DNA of 63,585 nt from an uncultured Frankiaceae bacterium (GTDB lineage: Bacteria; Actinomycetota; Actinomycetes; BP-191), in assembly GCA_964651395.1 (NCBI GenBank), contig CAZYXZ010000006.1, positions 1-63,585 of the forward strand, in the 5' to 3' direction. The position numbers were made by a program, and so were the translations under genes. This document shows, piece after piece, positions 45,553 through 57,417 of the stretch. Position 1 is the stretch's first letter, and every line of letters begins with the position of its first letter. The notes under the pieces were generated by a model. That model saw only the letters and a list, made by a program, of their open reading frames with translations. It was not told where the DNA came from and searched no databases.

Positions 45553-46323
45553 CTAACGGAGGAGCGGCAGGTACGGCGAAAGGTCGGCCCGGTTGCCGCT
45601 CGCGTCGAGCCGGCTGCCGGCGTCCGCCCACGTGACCCGGCCCGAGCAGAGCTCGACGAAGGTGACCGGGTCGGTCTCCACGACGTTGCCGGGAGTCCCG
45701 CGAGTGTGGCGTGGCCCGTCACCGCACTGGACCGCCACGCCGGCCGGGCCGGGCACGCGGACCTCGACCGCCTTCCCCGGCGCCGTGGTCACCAGCAGGT
45801 CGGCCAGGGCGCGGGTGACGATCTTGAGGGCCGCCGGGTCGGCCGCCGGTGGCCGGTCCAGGGCCGCGAGCAGGTCGAGGCCGTGGACGACGCCCTCGAC
45901 ACACCGGGTCACGAGGAAGTCGGAAAGGGGGAGGGTGCCGAGCCGCGCGTCGACCGTGCGCGCGGCGATCTCCTCCGCCGTCATGGCGGCGAGGGCGGCC
46001 CGCGCGGTAGCCGTCTCCTCGGCGATGGAGGCATGACCGGAGATCGCCTGCTCGTGGGCGCGCTGGGCGACGGCCGGCGCGACGTCGCGCATGGCGCCGA
46101 GGTAGTCGAGGACGGTGAGCGTCGGCGTACCGCCCGGCCGGACGAGGTAGCGATGGACGGCCCGGATGTTGTTGGCGCAGTGCGCGACCAGCTCGGCGAC
46201 GGTCCAGTCGCCCAGCCGCGTGGGCCGGGTCAGGTCGGCGCCCTCCGCCCACGCGGCCAGCAGGTCGAACTGCGCCAGCGCGGCGTTGCCGACGTCGGTC
46301 GCGTCCCAGCGACGTGGCGGCAC
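45553..46323 (-). CDS. MDMPI-like (mycothiol-dependent maleylpyruvate isomerase family)/sterol-carrier-domain protein
   Basis: TRLGDWTVAELVAH, RCVEGVVHGLDL, PGKAVEVRVP, GPRHTRGTPGNVVETDP; usual purL-purF neighbour. Confidence 0.8.
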   Translation of the reverse strand: MPPRRWDATDVGNAALAQFDLLAAWAEGADLTRPTRLGDWTVAELVAHCANNIRAVHRYLVRPGGTPTLTVLDYLGAMRDVAPAVAQRAHEQAISGHASIAEETATARAALAAMTAEEIAARTVDARLGTLPLSDFLVTRCVEGVVHGLDLLAALDRPPAADPAALKIVTRALADLLVTTAPGKAVEVRVPGPAGVAVQCGDGPRHTRGTPGNVVETDPVTFVELCSGRVTWADAGSRLDASGNRADLSPYLPLLR

Positions 46324-46326
46324 CGG

Positions 46327-48534
46327 CTAGCCGAACAGGCGCGGGAGCGTGCCCTCCCAGGCCGTCTCGAGCTCGTCGAGCGGGATGGAGAACGCACCGT
46401 CCACCGCGAACGCGGAGCCGCCCGTCGTACCGAGCCGGGTCACCGGTACGCCGTGCTCCGCGGCCAGTGCGCGGACCGTCTCGTCGTGGTCGGGCGAGAC
46501 CGCGACGACCGCGCGGCTGGCCGACTCGCTGAACAGCTCGACGAACGCGTCGCCGGCGAGCGCGACCCGAACGCCCGGCCGGCCGCGCAGCGCCGACTCG
46601 ACCAGCGCCTGGGCGAGGCCACCGTCCGACAGGTCGTGCGCGGCGCGGAGGAGCCCGGCCTGGCCCGCCGCCACGAGAACCCGGCCGAGGGACTTCTCGG
46701 CCCGGAGGGCGAGGGCCGGCGGCCGGCCGCCGAGATGGCGGTGCACGACCCAGGCCCACTCCGAGCCGCCCAGCTCGTCGCGCGTGTCGCCGAGAAGCAG
46801 CAGCACGTCGTCCGGCGCGCTGAACGCGACCGGCGTACGCCGGGTGACGTCGTCCATCACACCCAGCACGCCGACGACCGGCGTCGGGTTGATCGCCACG
46901 TCACCGGTCTGGTTGTAGAAGCTGACGTTGCCGCCGATCACCGGGGTGCCCAGCGCGACGCACGCCTCGGCGAGCCCTTGCACGGCCTGCGCGAACTGCC
47001 ACATCACCTCGGGGTTCTCCGGCGAGCCGAAGTTGAGGCAGTCGGTGGCGGCCACCGGCCGGGCGCCGACCGCGGCGACGTTGCGGGCGGCCTCCGCCAG
47101 CGCGAGCTGCGCGCCGGCGTACGGGTCGAGCCGCGCGAAGCGGCCGTTGCCGTCGAGGGAGAGCGCGACGCCGCGCGGGCTCTCGTCGTCGAGCCGGACG
47201 ACGCCGGCGTCCTCGGGCGCGGCGAGGACGGTCTTGCCCTGGACGTAGCGGTCGTACTGGTCGGTGACCCACTTGCGCGAGGCCAGGTTCGCGCTGCCGA
47301 CCATCGTCAGCACCGTCTCGCGCAGCTCGTCGCCGCTCTGCGGGCGGGCCAGCCGGGACGGGTCGTCGGCCTGGAGCGCGTCGAGGTCGGCCGGCCGCTG
47401 CATCGGGCGCTCGTACACCGGCCCGTCGTCGGCGAGCGAGCCCGGCGGTACGTCGACGACGGTGCTGCCGTGCCAGCGGATGTCGAGCCGGCCGTTCGGC
47501 TCGGTCACCACGCCGATCGGGGTGGCGAGCGCGCCCCACTTGCGGCAGGTGGCCAGCACCTCGTCGAGGTCGGCCGGCGCGACGATCGCGAGCATCCGCT
47601 CCTGCGACTCGCTGGCCAGCACCTCGGCCGCGCTCATCGACGGCTCGCGCAGCGGGACCAGGTCGAGGTCGACGCGCATACCCATGCCGGCCTTCGCCGC
47701 GGTCTCGCTCGTCGCGCACGTGAGGCCCGCGCCGCCGAGGTCCTGGATGCCCACGACCAGCTTGCGGTCGAAGAGCTCGAGGCAGCACTCGATCAGCACC
47801 TTCTCGGTGAACGGGTCGCCGACCTGGACGCTCGGCCGCTTGGCCTGCGAGCCCTCCTCGAACGTCGCACTGGCCAGCACCGAGACACCGCCGATGCCGT
47901 CCCGCCCGGTCTTCGCGCCGATCAGCACGACGACGTTTCCCTCGCCGTGGGCAGCCGCGAGATGCAGCCGTGCGACCGGCAGGACGCCGAGGCAGAGCGC
48001 GTTGACCAGCGGGTTGCCGGCGTACGTCGGGTCGAAGCCGACCTCGCCGCCGATGTTGGGCAGGCCGAGGCAGTTGCCGTAGCCGCCGACTCCGGCGACG
48101 ACGCCGTCGACCAGCCGGCGCGTGTCGGGCAGCGCCGCATCGCCGAAGCGCAGCGAGTCCATGACAGCCACCGGACGTGCGCCCATCGCCAGGATGTCGC
48201 GGACGATGCCGCCGACCCCGGTCGCCGCGCCCTGGTACGGCTCCACGAAGCTCGGGTGGTTGTGGCTCTCCACCTTGAAGGTGACCGCGAGGCCGTCGCC
48301 GATGCCGACGACTCCGGCGTTCTCCCCGATGCCGGCGAGCACCTCGGGAGAGCTCGCGGCCAGGTCGCCGAACCGGCGCAGGTGCACCTTGCTGCTCTTG
48401 TAGGAGCAGTGCTCGCTCCACATGATCGAGTACATCGCGAGCTCTTCGTCCGTCGGGCGCCGGCCGAGGATGTCGAGGATCTTCTGGTACTCGTCGTCCT
48501 TCAGGCCGAGCTCGGCGTAGGGCTGCTCGGTCAC
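46327..48534 (-). CDS. purL: FGAM synthase subunit PurL
   Basis: [45 protein letters not shown]; GTGA overlap with purQ. Confidence 0.97.
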   Translation of the reverse strand: MTEQPYAELGLKDDEYQKILDILGRRPTDEELAMYSIMWSEHCSYKSSKVHLRRFGDLAASSPEVLAGIGENAGVVGIGDGLAVTFKVESHNHPSFVEPYQGAATGVGGIVRDILAMGARPVAVMDSLRFGDAALPDTRRLVDGVVAGVGGYGNCLGLPNIGGEVGFDPTYAGNPLVNALCLGVLPVARLHLAAAHGEGNVVVLIGAKTGRDGIGGVSVLASATFEEGSQAKRPSVQVGDPFTEKVLIECCLELFDRKLVVGIQDLGGAGLTCATSETAAKAGMGMRVDLDLVPLREPSMSAAEVLASESQERMLAIVAPADLDEVLATCRKWGALATPIGVVTEPNGRLDIRWHGSTVVDVPPGSLADDGPVYERPMQRPADLDALQADDPSRLARPQSGDELRETVLTMVGSANLASRKWVTDQYDRYVQGKTVLAAPEDAGVVRLDDESPRGVALSLDGNGRFARLDPYAGAQLALAEAARNVAAVGARPVAATDCLNFGSPENPEVMWQFAQAVQGLAEACVALGTPVIGGNVSFYNQTGDVAINPTPVVGVLGVMDDVTRRTPVAFSAPDDVLLLLGDTRDELGGSEWAWVVHRHLGGRPPALALRAEKSLGRVLVAAGQAGLLRAAHDLSDGGLAQALVESALRGRPGVRVALAGDAFVELFSESASRAVVAVSPDHDETVRALAAEHGVPVTRLGTTGGSAFAVDGAFSIPLDELETAWEGTLPRLFG

Positions 48535-49211
48535 GCGCTGGCCAGCAGGGTGCTCAACAGTGAGGCGAACATCGCGAGGCCGTCGGTACCGGGGCCGGTC
48601 AGGTCGTCGATCGCGTGCTCCGGGTGGGGCATCAAGCCGACGACGTTGCCGGCCTCGTTGGTGACGCCGGCGATGTCGCGCAGCGCGCCGTTGGGGTTGC
48701 CGCCGACGTAGCGGAAGGCGACGCGACCGGTCGCCTCGAGCTCGTCGAGCGTCGCCTCGTCGGCGTAGTAGCGGCCCTCGCCGTTCTTGACCGGGATGAC
48801 GATCTCCTGGCCCTCGTCGTAGGCCGAGGTCCACACGGTCTTGGCGTTCTCGACGCGCAGACCCTGGTCGAGGCAGGTGAAGAGGCGTCCGGCGTTGCGC
48901 AGCAGCGCGCCCGGCAGCAGGTGCGCCTCGCAGAGCACCTGGAAGCCGTTGCAGATGCCGAGCACCGGACCGCCGTCGCGGGCGAACGCGATGACCTTGT
49001 CCATCACCGGGGAGAACCGGGCGATCGCGCCGCAGCGCAGGTAGTCGCCGTACGAGAAGCCGCCGGGCAGGACGACCGCGTCGACGCCGTGCAGGTCGGG
49101 GTCGGCGTGCCAGAGCGCCACCGGCTCCGCGCCGGCCACCCGGGCAGCGCGCAGCGCGTCGGCGTCGTCGAGCGAACCGGGGAACGTGACGACGCCCACG
49201 CGGGGTGGCAA
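48531..49211 (-). CDS. purQ: FGAM synthase glutaminase subunit PurQ
   Basis: [31 protein letters not shown]. Confidence 0.97.
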   Translation of the reverse strand: MPPRVGVVTFPGSLDDADALRAARVAGAEPVALWHADPDLHGVDAVVLPGGFSYGDYLRCGAIARFSPVMDKVIAFARDGGPVLGICNGFQVLCEAHLLPGALLRNAGRLFTCLDQGLRVENAKTVWTSAYDEGQEIVIPVKNGEGRYYADEATLDELEATGRVAFRYVGGNPNGALRDIAGVTNEAGNVVGLMPHPEHAIDDLTGPGTDGLAMFASLLSTLLASA

Positions 49212-49271
49212 GAGAGAACTCCAAGAGCTCGGCGGAGCCCCCAGGATATCGCGCCCGTTGAGGTGGGAGTT

Positions 49272-50039
49272 TCAGCCGTTGGCTGCAACACCCCCCACAC
49301 CGGGTGTGGGGTATCGGACGCCGACGGCGGGCCGCTGGGCCAGCGCGGCCGCGGCGCCTGCGGGGGGGGTGGGGGTGGCGTCGGTGCAGCCGCGGTGGAC
49401 CGTCGAGCTCGGGACGAAGGCACACATGGCCGCCTCCGCCTTCCGCGCGCCGAGCTCCTCCTCCGCGGTCACCTCGACCGAGCCGGCGTGCCAGAGCTCG
49501 TGCGCCAGGACCGGCAGCAGGAAGCCCTTGAACGCCCCGGCGTAGCGGGTGTTGATCGCCACCCGGGGGGGCTGACCGGCGATGGTCGCCGAGTCCTCGC
49601 CGGTGCGCTCGAAGATGCCGAAGCTGATGACCACACCGCGCTCGGCGGCCAGCTTCACGCGGGACGCGAGGGCCGGGTCGATCCCGGCCAGCCGCTTGCA
49701 CACGCCGTCGGTGACGGCCGCTCGCAGCAGCGGGCCGGCGACGCTGTCCCCGGCGACCTTGAGCCCCACGATCGCGCCGCAGGGGACCGCCACCGGCGCC
49801 TCCTGCGACAGGACCACGCGGCCCGAGTCGTGCGACTGCACACCCACCAGTGGCGGGGTGCGACGGGCGAACAGCGGCTGCTCCTCGGTGTCGAGGATCA
49901 GCGACACGGCGTACGCCGAGAGGCCGAGGAAGGCGACCACGGCGACGGCCGCCGTGACCCGGAACCAGATCGGCAGCGTCGGCCAGGGCCGCCGGGCGAC
50001 CGGGCGCCTGCCCTGCCCGACGGTCGGGGTGTCGATCAG
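49272..50039 (-). CDS. Membrane-anchored hypothetical protein with an HExxH motif, inserted between purS and purQ
   Basis: TM segment; [10 protein letters not shown]...EEE. Start uncertain: GTG 49940 lies inside the TM; CTG 50039 overlaps the purS stop. Confidence 0.6.
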   Translation of the reverse strand: MIDTPTVGQGRRPVARRPWPTLPIWFRVTAAVAVVAFLGLSAYAVSLILDTEEQPLFARRTPPLVGVQSHDSGRVVLSQEAPVAVPCGAIVGLKVAGDSVAGPLLRAAVTDGVCKRLAGIDPALASRVKLAAERGVVISFGIFERTGEDSATIAGQPPRVAINTRYAGAFKGFLLPVLAHELWHAGSVEVTAEEELGARKAEAAMCAFVPSSTVHRGCTDATPTPPAGAAAALAQRPAVGVRYPTPGVGGVAANG

Positions 50040-50281
50040 GCTTCTACCTTGACGATGAAGTCCTCGATGACCGGGTTGGCCAGCAGCGTCTCGGCCATCG
50101 AGCGGACGCCCGCGAGACGCTGCTCGTCCATCTCGCCGTCCAGCTCGATCTCGAAGTGCTTGCCGACCCGCACGCTCTGCACGCCGGTGAAGCCGAGCGA
50201 CGGCAGCGCGTTGGCGACCGCCTGGCCCTGCGGGTCGAGGATCTCCGGCTTGAGCGTGACGTCGACGACGACTCGGGCCAT
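50036..50281 (-). CDS. purS: FGAM synthase subunit PurS
   Basis: [31 protein letters not shown]. Confidence 0.96.
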   Translation of the reverse strand: MARVVVDVTLKPEILDPQGQAVANALPSLGFTGVQSVRVGKHFEIELDGEMDEQRLAGVRSMAETLLANPVIEDFIVKVEA

Positions 50282-51180
50282 CAGGCGTTCCGCAGGTAGT
50301 CGTCGAAGGAGCTGCCGGTGAGCCGCTCGTAGGCCTCGACGTACTTCGCGCGCGTGCGCTCGACCACTTCGGCGGGAAGCTCGGGCGCGGGCGGGTTCTT
50401 GTCCCAGCCGCTGTCGGCCAGCCAGTCGCGGACGTACTGCTTGTCGAACGACGGCTGCACCCGGCCGGCCTGGTAGCCCTCCGCCGGCCAGAACCGCGAC
50501 GAGTCCGGGGTGAGGATCTCGTCGCCCAGCGTCAGGGCGCCGTTGCTGTCGTGGCCGAGCTCGACCTTCGTGTCGGCCAGGAGAATGCCGGCCTTCGCCG
50601 CGACCTCGACTCCACGCTGGTAGACGGCCAGCGTCGTACGCCGGAGCTCCTCGGCCAGCTCGGGACCCACCTCCGCGACCACCTCGTCGAAGGTCATCGG
50701 CATGTCGTGCTCGCCCACCGGGGCCTTCGTCGTCGGCGTGAAGATCGGCTCGGCCAGCTGCGACGACTCGACAAGGCCCGGCGGCAGCTCGATGCCACTC
50801 ACGACACCCGTCGCGTTGTAGTCCTTGAGGCCGGAGCCGGTGAGGTAGCCGCGCGCCACGCACTCGACCATCACCATGTCCAGCTTGCGGCAGAGCATCG
50901 ACCGGCCGCGGAGCTCCTGGCCGTGCTCCTTGAGCTCCGGCGGGTAGTCGTCGACCCGGGACGCGATCACGTGGTTCGGCGCGACGTCGGCGAGCTGCTC
51001 GAACCACCACAGCGACAGACCGGTCAGCACCGCTCCCTTGTCGGGGATCGCGGTCGGGATGACGACGTCGAACGCCGAGATCCGGTCGCTCGCGACGAGC
51101 AGTAGCATGTCGTCGCCGACGGCGTACAGGTCGCGCACCTTGCCCTGGTGCAGGTGGGTGAGTCCGGGCAGCGACATCAT
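50281..51180 (-). CDS. purC: SAICAR synthase
   Basis: GKVRDLY, SDRISAFD, ECVARGYL, FTPTTKA, DTKVELG, PDSSRFW, SFDKQYVRD. Confidence 0.97.
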   Translation of the reverse strand: MMSLPGLTHLHQGKVRDLYAVGDDMLLLVASDRISAFDVVIPTAIPDKGAVLTGLSLWWFEQLADVAPNHVIASRVDDYPPELKEHGQELRGRSMLCRKLDMVMVECVARGYLTGSGLKDYNATGVVSGIELPPGLVESSQLAEPIFTPTTKAPVGEHDMPMTFDEVVAEVGPELAEELRRTTLAVYQRGVEVAAKAGILLADTKVELGHDSNGALTLGDEILTPDSSRFWPAEGYQAGRVQPSFDKQYVRDWLADSGWDKNPPAPELPAEVVERTRAKYVEAYERLTGSSFDDYLRNA

Positions 51181-52478
51181 GTGAGCTTCTCCAGGCGGTC
51201 GAAGACGGGGCTGATCCGAGCCAGGTAGCGCTCGGGCCGGCAGATCTCGTCGAGGCGGTCGTCGGTGAGGGCGTCGGCGTCGGCGTGCTTGCGCAGGGTC
51301 TCGCGAAACGGCACGCCCGAGGACCAGGTCTCCATCGCGGCAGCCTGCGTGACGGCGTACGCCGCCTCGCGGGACAGCCCGGCCTCGACCAGCTCGAGCA
51401 GCACCGCGCTCGTGTAGATCAGGCCGCCGGTCGACTCGAGGTTGGCGCGCATCCGCTCGGCGTCCACGGTGAGCCCGTTGACCAGCCGCAGGGTGAGGTG
51501 CAGCAGGTAGTCGGTGCCGATGGCGGCGTCCGGCAGTGCGATCCGTTCGACCGACGAGTGGCTGATGTCGCGCTCGTGCCAGAGCGCGATGCCCTCCATC
51601 ACCGGGACGACCTGCGCGCGGACGACGCGGGCCAGGCCGCAGATCCGCTCGCACATGATCGGGTTGCGCTTGTGCGGCATCGCCGACGAGCCCTTCTGGC
51701 CGGAGCCGAACGGCTCCTCCAGCTCGCGCACCTCCGTGCGCTGACCGTGCCGCACCTCCAGCGCGATCGCCTCGCAGACCGACGCCAGGAGAGCGAGCGC
51801 ACCGACCCACTCGCTGATGCCGTCGCGCAGCACGACCTGGGTGGCGGTGTCGGCCGCCGCCAGCCCGAGCTGCTCGGCGACGTGGCTCTCGACGGAGGGG
51901 TCGATGTTGGAGTACGTGCCCACCGCGCCGGAGATCTTGGCCACCGCGACGGCGGCGCGGGCGCGGCGCAGGCGGTCGCGCGAACGGGCCATGCCGAACG
52001 CGAAGTTGGCGACGGTGTGACCGAAGGTGTCCGGCTCCGCGTGCACGCCGTGGGTGCGGCCGACCTTCACCGTGTCGCGGTGCCGCAGGCCGAGGTCGCG
52101 CAGCGCGGCGACGAGGGCGTCGGCCTTCGCCAGCAGCAGGTCGGTCGCGTCGACCAGCTGCAACGCCAGTGCGGTGTCGAGCAGGTCGCTGCTGGTCATG
52201 CCGAAGTGGACGTACGCCGCCGCCTCGCGCGGCTCGGTGTTGTCGGCCCAGGCCGACAGGAAGGCGATGACGTCGTGCTGGGTGACCGCCTCGATCTCGT
52301 CGACCGCCTCGGGTGTCGGAGGAGGCGCGGCCTTGACCGGCGCGACGCAGTCGGCGGGGACGACGCCGGCCGCCGCGTGCGCCTCGAGGACGAGGGTCTC
52401 GACCTGGCACCAGAGCTCGTACTTGTGGGCCTCGGACCACACCCGGCCCATCTCCGGCAGCGTGTAGCGACCGATCAC
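51177..52478 (-). CDS. purB: Adenylosuccinate lyase
   Basis: HFGMTSSD, GRTHGVHAEP, GSSAMPHKRNP, WHERDISHSSVER. Confidence 0.97.
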   Translation of the reverse strand: MIGRYTLPEMGRVWSEAHKYELWCQVETLVLEAHAAAGVVPADCVAPVKAAPPPTPEAVDEIEAVTQHDVIAFLSAWADNTEPREAAAYVHFGMTSSDLLDTALALQLVDATDLLLAKADALVAALRDLGLRHRDTVKVGRTHGVHAEPDTFGHTVANFAFGMARSRDRLRRARAAVAVAKISGAVGTYSNIDPSVESHVAEQLGLAAADTATQVVLRDGISEWVGALALLASVCEAIALEVRHGQRTEVRELEEPFGSGQKGSSAMPHKRNPIMCERICGLARVVRAQVVPVMEGIALWHERDISHSSVERIALPDAAIGTDYLLHLTLRLVNGLTVDAERMRANLESTGGLIYTSAVLLELVEAGLSREAAYAVTQAAAMETWSSGVPFRETLRKHADADALTDDRLDEICRPERYLARISPVFDRLEKLT

Positions 52479-52485
52479 GAGTGCC

Positions 52486-52968
52486 TCAGGCCTGAGCTGC
52501 CGCGGCGGCCTGCTCGAAGTCGTCCTTGAACTTCCAGATCTTCGCCCGCAGGTCGGAGTCGGCGACCGCGAGGATCTGCACCGCGAGCACCGCGGCGTTC
52601 TTCGCGTTGTCCAGGCCGACGCAGGCGACCGGGACGCCCGGCGGCATCTGCGAGATGGCCAGCAGCGCGTCCAGCCCGTCGATGGCGCCGCCGCGCAGCG
52701 GTACGCCGATCACCGGCAGCGCGGTGTGCGCGGCCACGACACCGGGCAGCGCCGCGCTCATACCGGCTCCGGTGATGACGACCTCGATGCCGCGAGGCTC
52801 GAGCTCGCTCATCCAGTCGAGCAGGGTGCGCGGGGCGCGGTGGGCGGAGATCGAGCACTCGTCGTACGGGACGCCGAAGCGCTCGAGCATCGCGCCGGCC
52901 TGCGCCATCGTGTCGTGGTCGCTGGGCGACCCGTAGATGATCGCGACCTTCGGGGCCTCGTCAGCCAC
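52486..52968 (-). CDS. purE: AIR carboxylase/N5-CAIR mutase PurE
   Basis: GSPSD, SAHR, GAGMSAALPG, PVIGVP, QMPPGVPVA. Confidence 0.95.
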   Translation of the reverse strand: MADEAPKVAIIYGSPSDHDTMAQAGAMLERFGVPYDECSISAHRAPRTLLDWMSELEPRGIEVVITGAGMSAALPGVVAAHTALPVIGVPLRGGAIDGLDALLAISQMPPGVPVACVGLDNAKNAAVLAVQILAVADSDLRAKIWKFKDDFEQAAAAAQA

Positions 52969-53035
52969 GCGGGGACTCCTCGGATGAGCCGGGTCAGGGG
53001 GACGACCTCATCCTCTCGCAGACCGCCGACCGTCG

Positions 53036-54325
53036 CTAATGCGACGGGACGGCGACCTCCCCTGCCGCCGCGCGCTCCGCGATGTCGCGCCGGAACTGCA
53101 TCCCGTCGAAGCCGATCTCGGCGACGGCCGCGTACGCCGACGAGCGCGCCGCGGCCAGGTCCGCGCCGGTCGCCGTGACGGACAGCACCCGCCCGCCGCT
53201 GGTCAGCACCCGGCCGCCGTCGGCCCGGGTGCCGGCGTGCAGGACATGGACCCCGGCCACCGCGGCCGCGGCCGGCAGCCCCTCGATCGCGCCGCCGGTG
53301 GTCACGGCGCCGGGGTAGCCGGGGGCGGCGAGAACCACCGTGACCGCGGTCTCGGGGCGCCACTCCAGCGTGGCTCCGGCCAGCCGTCCGGTAGCCGCCC
53401 GCAGCAGCACGTCGGCCAGCGGCGTGGCCAGCCGGGCGAGCACCACCTGGGTCTCCGGGTCGCCGAAGCGCGCGTTGAACTCGATCACCCGCGGGCCGTC
53501 CGCCGTCATCGCCAGCCCGGCGTACAGGAGCCCGGCGAAGGGGGTGCCGCGGGCGGCCATCGTGTCGACGGTCGGCTGGAGCACCTCGGCCAGCACCTGC
53601 TCGACCAGGCCGTCTGGCGCCCAGGGCAGCGGGGAGTACGCGCCCATGCCGCCGGTGTTGGGACCGGTGTCGCCGTCGCCGATCCGCTTGAAGTCCTGCG
53701 CGGGTTGCAGCGGCAGCACCGTGACGCCGTCGGTGATGGCGAACAGCGACACCTCGGGCCCGGCCAGGTGGTCCTCGATGACGACGCTCGGCTGGTCGGC
53801 GCCGAACGCGCCGCCGAAGGCCTCGCTGACCGCCCGCCGCGCCATGCCCAGGTCGTCGGTGACGGTGACGCCCTTGCCGGCAGCCAGCCCGTCGTACTTC
53901 ACGACGTACGGCGGGCGCTGCTCGGCCAGATGCTCCAGTGCGCTCGCGGCGGTGTCGTGCGCCTGCGCCGCCGCTGTCGGGACGCCGGCAGCGGTCATGA
54001 CCTCCTTCGCGAAGGCCTTCGACCCCTCGAGGCGCGCGGCGGCCGCGCTCGGACCGAAGACCGCCCGGCCGCGCTCGCGGAGCAGGTCGGCGGCGCCTGC
54101 GACGAGCGGACCCTCCGGGCCGATCACGACCAGGTCGGTGTCGAGCTCCTCGGCCAGCGCCGCGATCGCGTCGACGTCGGTCACGTCGACGGCCCTCGGC
54201 TCCGCGAGCTCCGCCGTACCGGCGTTGCCGGGGGCGCACCAGAGCTGCGCGACGGCGGGGTCCTGCGACAGGGCGAGGCACAGCGCGTGCTCGCGCGCTC
54301 CCGACCCGACGACGAGGACCTTCAT
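53036..54325 (-). CDS. purD: Phosphoribosylamine--glycine ligase
   Basis: GSGAREHAL, GPEGPL, LEGSKAFAK, DGLAAGKGV, GPNTGGMGAY, EFNARFGDPE. Confidence 0.97.
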   Translation of the reverse strand: MKVLVVGSGAREHALCLALSQDPAVAQLWCAPGNAGTAELAEPRAVDVTDVDAIAALAEELDTDLVVIGPEGPLVAGAADLLRERGRAVFGPSAAAARLEGSKAFAKEVMTAAGVPTAAAQAHDTAASALEHLAEQRPPYVVKYDGLAAGKGVTVTDDLGMARRAVSEAFGGAFGADQPSVVIEDHLAGPEVSLFAITDGVTVLPLQPAQDFKRIGDGDTGPNTGGMGAYSPLPWAPDGLVEQVLAEVLQPTVDTMAARGTPFAGLLYAGLAMTADGPRVIEFNARFGDPETQVVLARLATPLADVLLRAATGRLAGATLEWRPETAVTVVLAAPGYPGAVTTGGAIEGLPAAAAVAGVHVLHAGTRADGGRVLTSGGRVLSVTATGADLAAARSSAYAAVAEIGFDGMQFRRDIAERAAAGEVAVPSH

Positions 54326-54338
54326 GAGGAGCGCGACT

Positions 54339-55601
<1,263 letters not shown>

Positions 55602-55622
55602 TCACCATTCCCTGGACAGACG

Positions 55623-55667
55623 AAAAGCCCCGACGCAAGCGCCGAGGCCTCTTGCGGAGAGAGATTA
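55623..55667 (-). promoter_or_regulatory. purA promoter and leader with a terminator-like hairpin
   Basis: -10-like TAATCT (55667-55662), then GCCTCGGCG-CTTG-CGTCGGGGC-TTTT, 24 nt before the purA ATG. Confidence 0.55.
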
Positions 55668-55689
55668 CCCGATCCGCTAGCCTCCGCGC

Positions 55690-56154
55690 ATGCCCAAGAT
55701 TCCCGGACTGCCGGCGATGCCGGGCCTGTCCGACGTACTGCACCTGCTGGAGGCGCAGACGCAGGCGCTCGTGGCGCTGCCGGACACCATCAAGTCCCTC
55801 AACCGCAGCGTGAAGTCGCTGGCGACGACGATCGCCTCCGCGCAGACGACGGCGCAGCGCATCGAGGCCATGGCCGTGCGCGTGGAGGACCTCCTCGAGG
55901 AGTTCGAGGCGCCGCTGCGCGCGCTCGCGCCGGGCCTGCGCAAGCTGGCTGCCGCCCTGGAGGCACCAGGCGCGCCGGACATCGAGGACGTCCTCGGCCG
56001 GCTGACCGACATGCAGGCGCACGTGGCCAACATCGCCGCGTCGACGGACCGGATCATGAAGATGGTGGACGAGACGAGCGCGCGGATCGGGTCGCTGCCA
56101 GGGGCCGCACGGATCGCCAGCGCGGCCGCGCGCCGGCGTACTCCCAAGCCCTAG
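55690..56154 (+). CDS. Hypothetical helical/coiled-coil protein
   Basis: Amphipathic heptad-like sequence; TAGCCT-N6-ATG leaderless signature. Confidence 0.7.
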   Translation: MPKIPGLPAMPGLSDVLHLLEAQTQALVALPDTIKSLNRSVKSLATTIASAQTTAQRIEAMAVRVEDLLEEFEAPLRALAPGLRKLAAALEAPGAPDIEDVLGRLTDMQAHVANIAASTDRIMKMVDETSARIGSLPGAARIASAAARRRTPKP

Positions 56155-56175
56155 GGCCTGAGGGCGGCTGTGCCG

Positions 56176-56595
56176 TCAGGGACGCAGGGCGTCCTCGGCG
56201 GCGGGGTCGCACTCGCGGAGGAACAGCGCGACGCGGTCCGCCTCGTCCTTCTCGCCGATCGCCGCCGCCGCACGGCCGAGCGCGTGGAGCGCGCGGAGGA
56301 AGCCCTGGTTCGGCTCGTGCATCCACGGGACGGGGCCGAAGCCCTTCCACCCGTTGCGGCGCAGGGCGTCCAGCCCGCGGTGGTACCCGACCCGTGCGTA
56401 GGCGTAGGACTCGATCACCGCGCCGCGCTCGAACGCCTCATCGGCGAGGGCCGCCCAGGCGGCGCTGTGCGCCGGGTGGGCCGCGGCCACCTCGGCGGCG
56501 TCCGTCCCCGAGCCGAGAGCGTCGTCGGCGCCGGTCTCGTCGGCGGGGAGCAGCGTGGGCGGCGGACCGCCCATCAGGTTGTCCTGCAGGGTCAT
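56176..56595 (-). CDS. DUF3151 domain protein
   Basis: YAYARVGYHRGLDALRRNGWKGFGPVPWMHEPNQGFLRAL; CATGAT-N6-ATG. Confidence 0.93.
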   Translation of the reverse strand: MTLQDNLMGGPPPTLLPADETGADDALGSGTDAAEVAAAHPAHSAAWAALADEAFERGAVIESYAYARVGYHRGLDALRRNGWKGFGPVPWMHEPNQGFLRALHALGRAAAAIGEKDEADRVALFLRECDPAAEDALRP

Positions 56596-56707
56596 GCGCT
56601 GATCATGGCCCGCAGACGGAAAAATGTGGACAGACCGCGACGAAATCCTTACTGGGGCGTTGGACATGCGAGATCTTCCCGCCCCAGCGCCTGCGGAGGC
56701 CCACTTC

Positions 56708-57400
56708 ATGAAGCACCTGCGCTCCCTGCCGATCGTGGCTGCCCTGCTGACCGTCGCCGTGCTGCCCACGCTGCCGAGCCACTCGGCCGGCACGCTCCAG
56801 CCCGGCGCGTTCATGGCCAGCGGCGGCGCCGGCTGCACGATGAACTTCGTGTACGACGGACTCGGCCCGCAGGCCGGCAAGGTCTTCATCGGCACGGCGG
56901 CGCACTGCGTCACCGCCGTCGGCGACGACGTCGAGGACTTCGACGGCGAGGTCTGGGGTGACGTCGCCTACATCGGCAGCGCGGACACGACGGCGGCGGA
57001 CTTCGCACTCGTCCAGGTCCGCGCCGGCGACCTCGGCCGCATCTCCCCCGCCGTCAAGGGCTACCCGCAGTACCCCACCGGCTTCACGACGACCGGCGAG
57101 GCGGTCCTCGGCGACTGGATCCAGCTCTCCGGCTACGGCATCGGCTACGACATGACCCAGCCGACGCGCGAGAAGCGCCAGGCCGTCTTCACGTACGACG
57201 ACGCGGAGATCTGGAACGTCGTCGGACCGCTCATCAACGGCGACTCGGGCGGACCGCTCATCCACCAGGCCACCGGCAAGGCGCTCGGCATCGAGAGCCG
57301 GGTCTGCATCGGTGTCTGCACCGACGAGGGCCCGACCGTGCAGGGCATCCTGGCCAAGGCCGCCGCCGCCGGCTTCCCGGTCTCGCTCCGCACGGTCTAG
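56708..57400 (+). CDS. Secreted trypsin-like (S1) serine protease
   Basis: Signal peptide; GTAAHC, DFALV, GDSGGP triad. Confidence 0.88.
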   Translation: MKHLRSLPIVAALLTVAVLPTLPSHSAGTLQPGAFMASGGAGCTMNFVYDGLGPQAGKVFIGTAAHCVTAVGDDVEDFDGEVWGDVAYIGSADTTAADFALVQVRAGDLGRISPAVKGYPQYPTGFTTTGEAVLGDWIQLSGYGIGYDMTQPTREKRQAVFTYDDAEIWNVVGPLINGDSGGPLIHQATGKALGIESRVCIGVCTDEGPTVQGILAKAAAAGFPVSLRTV

Positions 57401-57417
57401 CCCATAGGGTCCTCCCC

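Noticed and set aside
44347-48711. 1454-aa plus-strand ORF, plus other long antisense ORFs (53340-56711, 27328-29679, 15949-17388 part, 50281-52440 part)
   Set aside because: These are shadow frames of well-supported genes in high-GC DNA, with Arg/Ala/Gly/Pro-rich translations and no motifs.
49355-49380. G8/G5 homopolymer as a phase-variation or frameshift site
   Set aside because: The frame stays open and the tract lies near the C-terminus after the HExxH domain; there is no sign of a disrupted gene.
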